64,000 nt of DNA from NCBI GenBank assembly GCA_035502635.1, contig DATJUG010000064.1, positions 29,783 through 93,782 on the forward strand. The letters run 5' to 3'. The DNA is from Bryobacteraceae bacterium (GTDB lineage: Bacteria; Acidobacteriota; Terriglobia; Bryobacterales; Bryobacteraceae). Below, piece by piece: positions 37,125-45,778 of this stretch (positions are counted from its first letter, which is position 1; every line of letters begins with the position of its first letter). Below the pieces are notes generated by a model. The model ran no database searches and was not told the DNA's origin. It saw only the letters and a list, made by a program, of their open reading frames with translations. The position numbers and the translations under genes were made by a program.

Positions 37125-39764
37125 TCATGCAATTGCCGCTTCCGCCGGCCGGCCAGCCTCCACACGGAACGCCAGGCCGCTACCGTTCGGATCTGCATCG
37201 ATCCAAACGGTTTGGCCTTCTCGAATCTCACCGCCGACAATTTTCTTGGCCAGCGGCGTCTCAATTTCCCGTTGAATAGCCCGCTTCAGTGGCCGTGCGC
37301 CGTAGTTCGGATCGTACCCGCTCCGCACCAATCGCGTCCTGGCCGCATCGGAAAGCTGCAACGTGATGTGCCGCTCCTCCAACCGGGCTCGCAAAGTCCC
37401 TAGCTGGATTTCGACAATCTGCTTCAAGTGTTCCTCGCTCAAAGCATGGAAGACGATGATTTCATCCAGGCGGTTCAGAAACTCGGGCCGGAAAGCGCGC
37501 CTCAACTCTTCCAAAACCGCGTCCTTCATCCGCCGGTACTCCTCGCCTTCGAAAGCCCCGTGGTATTCGAGAATCCGATGGCTGCCCACGTTCGAGGTCA
37601 TGATGACGATCACGTTCTTGAAATCGACCGTGCGTCCTTGACCGTCGGTGAGCCGCCCGTCATCCAACACCTGTAGCAGGGTATTGAACACATCGTGGTG
37701 CGCCTTCTCAATCTCATCGAACAGCACCACTGAGTAGGGCCGGCGCCGCACGGCCTCTGTCAACTGGCCGCCCTCGTCGTAGCCGATGTACCCGGGAGGC
37801 GCGCCAATCAGGCGCGATACCGTGTGCTTCTCCTGGTATTCCGACATGTCGATCCGGATCATAGCCCGCTCATCATCGAACAGGAATTCCGCGAGCGCCC
37901 GCGCCAGCTCCGTCTTGCCGACGCCCGTCGGGCCCAGGAAGATGAAGCTTCCGATCGGCCGCCTAGGGTCTTTCAGTCCTGAGCGTGCACGAATCACCGC
38001 TTCCGCCACCGCCATCACCGCTTCGTCTTGACCGATTACGCGCTTGTGCAACTCGTCTTCGAGCGCCAAGAGCTTCTTCATCTCGCCCTCGAGAAGCTTC
38101 GAAACTGGCACTCCCGTCCAGCGGCTCACTACTTCCGCGATGTCTTCTTCATCCACTTCTTCTTTGAGCAGCCGCGTGCCGCCGTGCTTACTCGACACGC
38201 GCTCCTGCTCGGCATTCAACTGCCGCTCGAGCTCCGTCAGGCGGCCATACTTCAGCTCCGCAGCCTTGTTCAGGTCATAGGCGCGCTCGGCTTGCGCGAT
38301 CTGCACCTTGATTTGCTCGATCTGTTCGCGCAAAGCCCTGACACGCTGCACGCCTTCTTTCTCGGTCTGCCACTGCGCTTGCAACGCGGCGGACTGAGTC
38401 TTCAACTCCGCCAGTTCTTTTTCAATGCGCGTCAGCCGTTCCTTTGAAACTGCATCGCTTTCTTTCTTCAACGCCTCGCGCTCAATTTCGAGTTGCATCG
38501 TGCGGCGCAAAATCTCATCCAGCTCGCTCGGCATGGAATCAATTTCCGTGCGCAGCTTGGCCGCGGCTTCATCCACCAAATCAATTGCTTTATCGGGCAA
38601 GAACCGGTCGGTAATATAGCGATTCGACATCACTGCGGCCGCCACCAGCGCTGTGTCCTTTATGCGCACGCCGTGATGTAGTTCGTAACGCTCGCGCAGC
38701 CCGCGCAGAATCGAAATCGTGTCTTCGACGGTCGGTTGGTCGACATAGACTGTTTGGAAGCGCCGCTCGAGTGCCGCATCCTTTTCTATATGCTTGCGGT
38801 ATTCGTCCAGCGTGGTGGCGCCGATGCAGTGCAGCTCGCCTCGCGCCAGCATGGGCTTCAACAGGTTGCCCGCGTCCATTGCGCCTTCCGCCTTGCCCGC
38901 GCCCACCACAGTGTGCAATTCATCGATGAACAGGATGATGCGTCCTTCAGAGGACTGCACCTCTTTGAGCACTGCCTTCAGCCGCTCTTCGAATTCGCCG
39001 CGGAATTTTGCACCGGCAATCAGTGCGCCCATATCGAGCGCAACCACTTTCTTGTCCTTCAATCCCTCCGGCACATCGCCGCGCACGATCCGCTGCGCCA
39101 GCCCTTCGACGATCGCCGTCTTTCCGACGCCGGGTTCGCCGATTAGCACCGGGTTGTTCTTCGTGCGCCGCGAAAGCACTTGGATGACGCGCCGGATCTC
39201 TTCGTCGCGTCCGATGACCGGATCCAGCTTTCCTTTCGAAGCCATGTCCGTCAGATCGCGGCCATACTTCTCGAGGGCCTCGTAGGTCGCTTCCGGATTC
39301 TGCGTCGTCACCCTCTGGTTGCCGCGCACCTCGACCAGCGCCTTCATCAACCGGTCTCGCGTCAGCCCAAACTCGCGCAGCAGCTTGCCGGCCGCGCCCT
39401 GATCCTCCGCCGCACCGAGCAGCAGATGCTCGATCGAGACGTACTCGTCCTTCAACCGCTTAGCCTGTTCCTCGGCAGTACTCAACAGTTGCGAGAGGCG
39501 GTTCGTTATATACACCTGGTCAGGCCGCACACCGGCGCCGCTCACCTTCGGGAGTTTTTCGATCTCTTGCAGCAGCCGTTTGTGCAGCGTCTCCAGCGGC
39601 ACGTCGGCCCGTAACAGGATCGATGGCGCCAGTCCGCCTTCCTGCTCCAACAGGGCTAGCAACAGATGCTCGACGTCTACCTGTTGATTGCCGTGATTGA
39701 TAGCGGTGGTTTGCGCCTGCCGAATCGCTTCCTGCGATTTCTCGGTCAGCCGATTGAAATCCAT
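37125..39764 (-). CDS. clpB: Chaperone disaggregase ClpB
   Basis: Clp N-domain repeats, D1 Walker [10 protein letters not shown], long coiled-coil middle domain, D2 GPTGVGKTE / GAPPGYIGY / [11 protein letters not shown], and D2-small. Start at ATG 39764 ([11 protein letters not shown]). Confidence 0.97.
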   Translation of the reverse strand: MDFNRLTEKSQEAIRQAQTTAINHGNQQVDVEHLLLALLEQEGGLAPSILLRADVPLETLHKRLLQEIEKLPKVSGAGVRPDQVYITNRLSQLLSTAEEQAKRLKDEYVSIEHLLLGAAEDQGAAGKLLREFGLTRDRLMKALVEVRGNQRVTTQNPEATYEALEKYGRDLTDMASKGKLDPVIGRDEEIRRVIQVLSRRTKNNPVLIGEPGVGKTAIVEGLAQRIVRGDVPEGLKDKKVVALDMGALIAGAKFRGEFEERLKAVLKEVQSSEGRIILFIDELHTVVGAGKAEGAMDAGNLLKPMLARGELHCIGATTLDEYRKHIEKDAALERRFQTVYVDQPTVEDTISILRGLRERYELHHGVRIKDTALVAAAVMSNRYITDRFLPDKAIDLVDEAAAKLRTEIDSMPSELDEILRRTMQLEIEREALKKESDAVSKERLTRIEKELAELKTQSAALQAQWQTEKEGVQRVRALREQIEQIKVQIAQAERAYDLNKAAELKYGRLTELERQLNAEQERVSSKHGGTRLLKEEVDEEDIAEVVSRWTGVPVSKLLEGEMKKLLALEDELHKRVIGQDEAVMAVAEAVIRARSGLKDPRRPIGSFIFLGPTGVGKTELARALAEFLFDDERAMIRIDMSEYQEKHTVSRLIGAPPGYIGYDEGGQLTEAVRRRPYSVVLFDEIEKAHHDVFNTLLQVLDDGRLTDGQGRTVDFKNVIVIMTSNVGSHRILEYHGAFEGEEYRRMKDAVLEELRRAFRPEFLNRLDEIIVFHALSEEHLKQIVEIQLGTLRARLEERHITLQLSDAARTRLVRSGYDPNYGARPLKRAIQREIETPLAKKIVGGEIREGQTVWIDADPNGSGLAFRVEAGRPAEAAIA

Positions 39765-39901
39765 GGTTAGAGCCTCACTAAGAAGATACCAGATGAGTGA
39801 CTTAAGATGCAATAATCTGAGTGTCTAAGACTAAAGATTCTGGTCTCGATTCCCGAGCCGCTCTGAGCTACCCTAGGACTTACGCAGCTTGGCCGCACCT
39901 C

Positions 39902-40786
39902 ATGACCCGCCTTGTCGCCCTCCTCCTAACTCTTTGCATCGCTTGCCCTTTTCCGGCTTACCCGTGGTGGGAAACCGGACACCAAGTGGTGGCCCGCATT
40001 GCCGCCGCCCACCTCACCCCCGCCGCCCGGACCCGGATTGCCCGTATATTAGATGTTCCCGATAATCCCGAAGGTATCGCCGACGCCTTGGCCAAGGCCT
40101 CCACTTGGGCCGATGAAACCAAGAGCGAAACCAAGACCGGCGCCTGGCATTACATCGATCTGACGATTGAGGACCACAAATCCGACATTCCGGAGCGCTG
40201 CAAGGATGATAACTGCGCTCCTGCGCGCATTCGCCTGTTTGCCGAGCAGCTCGCCGGCCACCCCGGGCATCTAGGAAATACCCGCTGGAGCCAGCTTGAT
40301 GCGTTGCGCTATCTCGTGCACTTGGTGGGTGATGTCCATCAGCCGTTGCACACGATTTCGGATGCCGACCTCGGTGGCAACTGCGAGCTGCTGGACCCAC
40401 CGGTCGGCAAGGCCAAGAACCTGCACGCGCTCTGGGATGGCGGAATTATTGACCAGATCAACACGAGCGATCGGGCGCTTGCCGAGGAGCTGGACGATGC
40501 GATCGAGGGACTTGGTCCTCACCGCGAACATGTGCTGGCCGAGGGCAAAGAGGATGACTGGGTTTGGGAATCGCATGAGCTGGCTGTACGCGATATCTAC
40601 CGCCGGCTGCACATTCCGGTGGAGCCGGTGGAATTTCCCGCCAGTTGCGCCGAAGCGCCTGCCGAAATTACCGGCCTGAGGCTGGATATTCCGGCCTTTT
40701 ACATCAGTGAGATGAAACCTGTGGTGCGCGAGCAACTCATCAAAGGCGGCCTGCGTTTGGCGCGGCTATTGAATGAGTCGTTGTGA
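39902..40786 (+). CDS. Secreted S1/P1-family nuclease
   Basis: Signal peptide followed by mature W (..AYPWWETGHQVVA). WHYIDL, GDVHQPLH, GGN and LHALWD are zinc-ligand blocks of S1/P1 nucleases. Confidence 0.85.
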   Translation: MTRLVALLLTLCIACPFPAYPWWETGHQVVARIAAAHLTPAARTRIARILDVPDNPEGIADALAKASTWADETKSETKTGAWHYIDLTIEDHKSDIPERCKDDNCAPARIRLFAEQLAGHPGHLGNTRWSQLDALRYLVHLVGDVHQPLHTISDADLGGNCELLDPPVGKAKNLHALWDGGIIDQINTSDRALAEELDDAIEGLGPHREHVLAEGKEDDWVWESHELAVRDIYRRLHIPVEPVEFPASCAEAPAEITGLRLDIPAFYISEMKPVVREQLIKGGLRLARLLNESL

Positions 40787-40811
40787 AACAGTCAGTATCG
40801 AAAGGCACGCC

Positions 40812-40958
40812 TATGGACGATTCGCAACCCGCTACGTGGAAAACTCTATTGGTTGATGGGTTCCCTGACCGCCGCTTACATTTCAGAGGTCTGTTACAGA
40901 GCTTCGAAAGGTTCGGAGTTGAATACCTGATTGTGGGCGGTTACGCGATTATGAAGTA
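40812..40958 (+). pseudogene. 48-codon remnant resembling the N-terminus of a nucleotidyltransferase-fold (AbiEii/DUF-type) protein
   Basis: The ORF MDDSQPATWKTLLVDGFPDRRLHFRGLLQSFERFGVEYLIVGGYAIMK* ends abruptly. The ..GVEYLIVGGYA.. block is typical of the first strand/helix of such nucleotidyltransferases. Too short to be functional. Confidence 0.3.
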
Positions 40959-41033
40959 GACCGAGCGGCGATCTGTCGAAAGTCTGAGCTTATAATTCGC
41001 GACGAGACCGGCCCACCCCGCTACACTCAAACA

Positions 41034-41645
41034 GTGGCTGAGCCCGATGCATCGAAGTGGAAAATCGCTGCGTTCGTCTCCGCGTTCGCATTTCTCGCAC
41101 TGCTGGCAAGCATCTTCATCGCAGGCCGAGTTCGCGCCCTGTTCGGCCTTCGTTCGCTGAATTCGGCTACCATCATCACGCGCGTCCAATCGCTGAAGCA
41201 GCTCGTGACGGTGCGCTACAGCATCGAGCGGGTGGTCGGGCTCCGGGAGCCCAAAGTTCCGCTGGGCGAAGAATCGATTCTGCTCATGGTGGAAGGCGAG
41301 GCGCTCGCCGGAGTGGATCTTGAAACCATGCGCGCTCGCGATATCGCGCATTCGGGAAATCGAAAGTTCCTGATTACGCTTCCTTCGGCTCGGCTCTTCG
41401 ATGTCTTCTTGAATGAGAAGGAGACGAAAGTATGGGATCGCCAGGTCACCTGGTGGACGCCGTGGGTGCCTCCCGATCCGGACCTCGAGCACAAGGCGCG
41501 GCTGCAGGGCCTGGACGATGTTCGGAACGCGGCGCTCAAAATGGGTATCCTTGACGAGGCTCAGAAGAACGCACAGACTGCCATTCGAGACTTGCTTGCC
41601 GGCTTCGGAGCGCAGGCCGATTTCAAGACGCGACCGCTCGATTGA
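41034..41645 (+). CDS. DUF4230-like membrane-anchored protein
   Basis: N-terminal TM (IAAFVSAFAFLALLASIFIAG), then the pattern ...LVTVRYSIERVV...LLMVEGEALAGVDL...ITLPSARLF.. that I associate with DUF4230. GTG start. Confidence 0.55.
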   Translation: MAEPDASKWKIAAFVSAFAFLALLASIFIAGRVRALFGLRSLNSATIITRVQSLKQLVTVRYSIERVVGLREPKVPLGEESILLMVEGEALAGVDLETMRARDIAHSGNRKFLITLPSARLFDVFLNEKETKVWDRQVTWWTPWVPPDPDLEHKARLQGLDDVRNAALKMGILDEAQKNAQTAIRDLLAGFGAQADFKTRPLD

Positions 41646-42960
41646 CTTGCGACGGCTGATAGGCAGCATATGCCTGGTCGAGCACCTCAATCACATGCGC
41701 AACGCGTTGCCCCGCGCCGTAGAGCCGCGCGCCCGCCGCAAGCTGCAGCATGCACCCCGGATTCGCCGTCGCTACCAACGAAGCGCCGGTCATCTCAATC
41801 GACTCCATTTTGTGGCGCAAGATCTGCATCGACATTTCCGTATGAGCGACGTTGTAAATGCCCGCGCTTCCACAACACAGATCGGCCATCGGCATTTCCC
41901 GAAGCGTCAGACCGGGGATTGCTCGCAGCAGCCGGCGCGGCGCGTCCTTGATCTTCTGCCCGTGCGCGAGATGGCAAGAATCCTGGTAGGTGGCGATTGC
42001 ATCGACGTTTCCCATCTCGGGATTGAGGCCGACGGAGGCAAGAAACTCCGTCACATCTTTCATCTTGCTTGCAAATTGAGCGGCCCGATCTCGATAGGCC
42101 CCATCTTCGGCGAGTAACTCCCCATACTCCTTCAGCGTGGAACCGCAACCCGCCGCGTTGGTGACGATGGCATCGAAATTCTCGGAGAGCACTGCGTCGA
42201 TGTTGTTGCGCGCGAGCGAGCGCGCCTGCTCCTTCAATCCCGAATGCACGTGCAGCGCCCCGCAACAGTTCTGCGCCGCCGGAATTACGACTTCGCAACC
42301 GTTCCGCTGTAGCACACGCACGGTTGCCTCGTTCAATCTTGCGAAGGCTACATTGGCGATGCAGCCCGCCAGAAACGCCACGCGAAACCGCCGCTCACCG
42401 GCCGCTGGAAAGGTCTTGCCGAGATTTCGATAGAAGAACGGAACTTCGGCATGGGGCGACAGCGCTTCGATATTCGCAAGATTTCCAAGCAGCTTGAGTA
42501 CGCCGGTGGCTCGCATCAGACGCTGCAGCCCCGAAGCCTGGTAGAGATACAAGGCTGTGCCGGCCATTTGAAGCGCGGCTCGCAAGGGTAGCAGGCGCTC
42601 GAACACGATCTTCTTCGCAGCCCTTTCCCAGAAGGGACTTCGCTTGCGGGCCTCGATTTCGGCGCGCGCGGCTTCGATCAGCCGGCCGTAGGGAACGCCG
42701 GACGGACAAGCGGTCTCGCATCCACGGCACGCCAGGCATAAATCCAGATGTTCGATATAGGAGGGCGTGATCGGCGCTCCGTTGGCGACCGCGTTCATCT
42801 GGTAAATCCGCCCGCGCGGCGAATCCATCTCGACGCCCAGCTCGCGATAGGTAGGGCACGCATTCAGGCAGAGTCCGCAGTGCACGCATTTATCGAGATC
42901 GGACTGCGCGGGACCATCGCCGCGCCCCGCGGGGACGGTGAGGATGCTAAATCCGCCCAT
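41623..42960 (-). CDS. glcF: Glycolate oxidase iron-sulfur subunit GlcF-like (Fe-S)-binding protein
   Basis: Two 4Fe-4S motifs (CVHCGLCLNACP, CLACRGCETACP) followed by two CCG (cysteine-rich) domains. Confidence 0.8.
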   Translation of the reverse strand: MGGFSILTVPAGRGDGPAQSDLDKCVHCGLCLNACPTYRELGVEMDSPRGRIYQMNAVANGAPITPSYIEHLDLCLACRGCETACPSGVPYGRLIEAARAEIEARKRSPFWERAAKKIVFERLLPLRAALQMAGTALYLYQASGLQRLMRATGVLKLLGNLANIEALSPHAEVPFFYRNLGKTFPAAGERRFRVAFLAGCIANVAFARLNEATVRVLQRNGCEVVIPAAQNCCGALHVHSGLKEQARSLARNNIDAVLSENFDAIVTNAAGCGSTLKEYGELLAEDGAYRDRAAQFASKMKDVTEFLASVGLNPEMGNVDAIATYQDSCHLAHGQKIKDAPRRLLRAIPGLTLREMPMADLCCGSAGIYNVAHTEMSMQILRHKMESIEMTGASLVATANPGCMLQLAAGARLYGAGQRVAHVIEVLDQAYAAYQPSQVNRAVAS

Positions 42961-44107
42961 ACAGCCGCAGCCGATTCAGCAGGGTGTTCGGATCGAACAT
43001 GTGCTTCACTTTTTTCATCATGGCAAAGCCTGCCGATTCAATCCCGCAGGATGGCGAAAGCCACAGATCTTTTGCCGCGCGGATTTCGTCCGGCGCATAT
43101 TCGATCACGGCGCTCCAGTCGCGCTCGCTTGCTGCTTTCCATACTGGAGCCACGCCCTGCCACGACGTGAGGTAGAGATACGAGACGCCCGAAGCGGCGC
43201 GCGAGATGCAGGGGCCGGTCGCGAGGCGCAGCAAATCAACGATACCGCTTAAGCCGGTGGAGACGCGAACCACGATGCCGCCCGGTTGCCGCCGAAGAAA
43301 CTCGGGAGAGAACTCGCGAATCTGTTGCCACAACTGCGCATCCCGATCGCCGGTGAGCTGCTCGCTATCCCTCAATTCGCGTGCATAGCGTGAGAGCACG
43401 GTCTCGCTGCCGCCTGCTCTCACAGCGACTAGATAGCCGCGCGACCCGAGCCGAGCCGCAGCGGCAGGGCTCATCAGATCTATAGCGAGCGGTTGCAGAA
43501 CCCCACGCACGATGGAGTTGCGCCTCTCGATCGCTGCCTCGAGGTCATTGAACGAGAACAGAAACGTGCGCATCTCGCGAGGAAGCGCATGCACGCGAAA
43601 ATTGATGCTGGTTATCACGGCGAGCGTGCCGAAGCTGCCAATCATCAGCTTGCCGATATCCAGCCCCGCGACATTCTTGACCACCATGCCGCCGGTCTTC
43701 ACCAGCTTGCCATCGAGCGTGGCTAAACTCATGCCGATCACCAGATCGCGTGCCGTGCCGAACGCGCGGCGCATAGGCCCGCTCGAATTCGTGGCGATCG
43801 TGCCGCCAATCGTCGCCTCGGCGGAATGAGGCGGATCGAGGGCAATCATTTGCCCGTGCGAGGCCAGCAGCTTCTGCACGTCCGCGAACGGCATGCCAGC
43901 CTCGACGCTGAGGGTCAGATCGTTTGGTTCGTATGCGAGAACGCGACGCAGCTTTGCAGTGGAAAGCGTGACGTCTGCCGGCAGCACGGGGCCGGCCATG
44001 AAACGCTTGCTATGGTTGCCGCTCACCGCGATCGTTTGAAAGTTCGACGCGGCGTCTTTCAGTACGTGAGCCAGATCCTCCGCCGACGAGGGCGCGACTA
44101 CGGGCAT
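42947..44107 (-). CDS. glcE: FAD-binding (PCMH-type) oxidoreductase, GlcE-like
   Basis: FAD_binding_4-like N-terminus (VSGNHSK.., GGTIATNSSGP, KNVAGLDIGKLMIGSFGTLAV). 14-nt overlap with glcF. Confidence 0.7.
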   Translation of the reverse strand: MPVVAPSSAEDLAHVLKDAASNFQTIAVSGNHSKRFMAGPVLPADVTLSTAKLRRVLAYEPNDLTLSVEAGMPFADVQKLLASHGQMIALDPPHSAEATIGGTIATNSSGPMRRAFGTARDLVIGMSLATLDGKLVKTGGMVVKNVAGLDIGKLMIGSFGTLAVITSINFRVHALPREMRTFLFSFNDLEAAIERRNSIVRGVLQPLAIDLMSPAAAARLGSRGYLVAVRAGGSETVLSRYARELRDSEQLTGDRDAQLWQQIREFSPEFLRRQPGGIVVRVSTGLSGIVDLLRLATGPCISRAASGVSYLYLTSWQGVAPVWKAASERDWSAVIEYAPDEIRAAKDLWLSPSCGIESAGFAMMKKVKHMFDPNTLLNRLRLYGRI

Positions 44108-44135
44108 GCCCTTTCATTTTGCACACCCGGCCGAA

Positions 44136-44663
44136 TCAGAGGCCTTCGAAAATCGAAGTTACTGGAATGACCACGCCGTGGAAACTCACTGTTTCACCGC
44201 AGCGGGCTTCAGTCTGGCTCTCAGCCTCATGAACCATCAGAGTTCGCTGCTTTGGATACACGACCCAGACGGCTTCCGCGCCGTGTTGCAGGTATAGCGC
44301 AGCCTTTTGCGCCATCAAGGCTTTGCGATTCGACGGAGAAAACACCTCGACAACCAATTCAGGCGATCCAACCAGGTAATCGTCTTCACCGACACTGCGC
44401 CACCGTTCCGCCCGGATCGCGGCCAGGTCCGGCCCAGGCAAAGAGTGTTTGCCAAGGATGCAGCCGAAGTCGGTCGCACGCGCATACCCGAGCGCCTCGA
44501 GCGGTTTCAAGATTTCAAACAGACGAGCGACAACTTTGGCGTGCAGTGGCTTAGCACTGGGTGACAAAACAATTTCTCCCTGAATTAACTCATCGTCCAG
44601 TCCGTCTTCACGCGGCTCAAGCTGCAGATATTCCTCAACCGATAAGAGCACCGAAGTCGCCAT
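44136..44663 (-). CDS. Uma2-family (DUF820) endonuclease
   Basis: LSVEEYLQL, ELIQGEIVLSPSAKPLHA, PDLAAI, PELVVEVFSPSN and YLQHGAEAVWVV match the PD-(D/E)xK Uma2 pattern. Confidence 0.8.
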   Translation of the reverse strand: MATSVLLSVEEYLQLEPREDGLDDELIQGEIVLSPSAKPLHAKVVARLFEILKPLEALGYARATDFGCILGKHSLPGPDLAAIRAERWRSVGEDDYLVGSPELVVEVFSPSNRKALMAQKAALYLQHGAEAVWVVYPKQRTLMVHEAESQTEARCGETVSFHGVVIPVTSIFEGL

Positions 44664-44691
44664 GCCTTAAGATTACTCGAAAAACACGCAG

Positions 44692-45693
44692 TTAAGTCAA
44701 AGCTTTCTCGAGCTGCTCCAGATCGGGCTGCTCGCCCAGCACGATGAGGAAATCGCCTGCAGCGATCTTTGTCGACGGCGGTGGGTTGAAGATCATCTCC
44801 GCGTCCGCTCGGCGGATTGCCAGCACGATCAGGGCGAGATTACGCGCTTGAAGGATTTCGCCCAAAGACTTAGCAAAACGTTCTGTACCTGGCGCAACGC
44901 GAAACTGCTCCATCCTCATCTTTGGTGCGAGGGCTCCAGTTGCAAATTCCAGAAACTCGACCACATGCGGCCTCAGCAGAGCATGGGCGAGCCGATGGCC
45001 CGCCATGGTGTAGGGCGCGAATACCGTGTCGGCGCCCGCCCGCCGCAGCTTCTGTTCAGCTTCTTCCTCTGACGCGCGCGTGGCGATTGTCAATTGCGGA
45101 TTTAAAGTTTTGGCTGACAAGATAATGAACAGATTCTCGGCATCGGAAGGCAAAGCGGCGATCAATCCGCGCGCTCGTGTAACGCCTGCCTCGCGCAAGC
45201 ATTCGTCCTGTGTCGCATCTGCCACCAGCGCGAGCATCCCCGCGCTCGTCGCGTGCTGAACGCGCTGCTCACTGCGGTCGACGACAATGAAGGGCACTTT
45301 GCCCCGTTGCAGCTCAAGTGAAGCATTACGGCCGACGCGGCCAAAGCCACAGACGATGAAATGATTCTGCAAGCGCGTGATCATGCGTTTCTTCCGGCGT
45401 TTTCCATAATGATCCTGCAATTCAAATTCAATGATGGTCTGCGTCACCGCGCCAACGGCGAAGAACATCGCACTTACGCCAAACAAGATCAGAAAAGAAT
45501 TAAAGATTCGTCCGGCGTGGCTGAGTGGATGGATTTCCTGGTACCCGACCGTGGTGATCGTGATCAGAGTCATGTAGAACGCGTCGAATAGCGGATAGCC
45601 TTCGATGCTATGAAATCCAAGGGTGCCAATGCATACGGTCAAAAGCAAGACGGTGGTGATCAGCGTGGCGCGCTGGAACAACCTGCGACGCAT
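44692..45693 (-). CDS. 2-TM potassium-channel-type protein with RCK (TrkA-N/TrkA-C) domains and an atypical selectivity filter
   Basis: Two TM helices flank a pore helix plus filter, ITTVGYQE. Rossmann motif IVCGFGRVGRN, and a TrkA-C-like C-terminus. Confidence 0.8.
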   Translation of the reverse strand: MRRRLFQRATLITTVLLLTVCIGTLGFHSIEGYPLFDAFYMTLITITTVGYQEIHPLSHAGRIFNSFLILFGVSAMFFAVGAVTQTIIEFELQDHYGKRRKKRMITRLQNHFIVCGFGRVGRNASLELQRGKVPFIVVDRSEQRVQHATSAGMLALVADATQDECLREAGVTRARGLIAALPSDAENLFIILSAKTLNPQLTIATRASEEEAEQKLRRAGADTVFAPYTMAGHRLAHALLRPHVVEFLEFATGALAPKMRMEQFRVAPGTERFAKSLGEILQARNLALIVLAIRRADAEMIFNPPPSTKIAAGDFLIVLGEQPDLEQLEKALT

Positions 45694-45778
45694 GGAGGTT
45701 TCAGTATACGGCCATGCGCGTTCACGCTTTAGAACACTGCAGCAGTGTATTCTAATGGGCTAGCTTGCCCAGCCGATT

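Noticed and set aside
39765-39901. CIRCE (HrcA) or HAIR (HspR) operator upstream of clpB.
   Set aside because: Only half-site-like fragments arranged as direct repeats (GAGTGTCTAAG, CTTAAGT), not inverted ones. No full TTAGCACTC-N9-GAGTGCTAA or CTTGAGT-N7-ACTCAAG is present.
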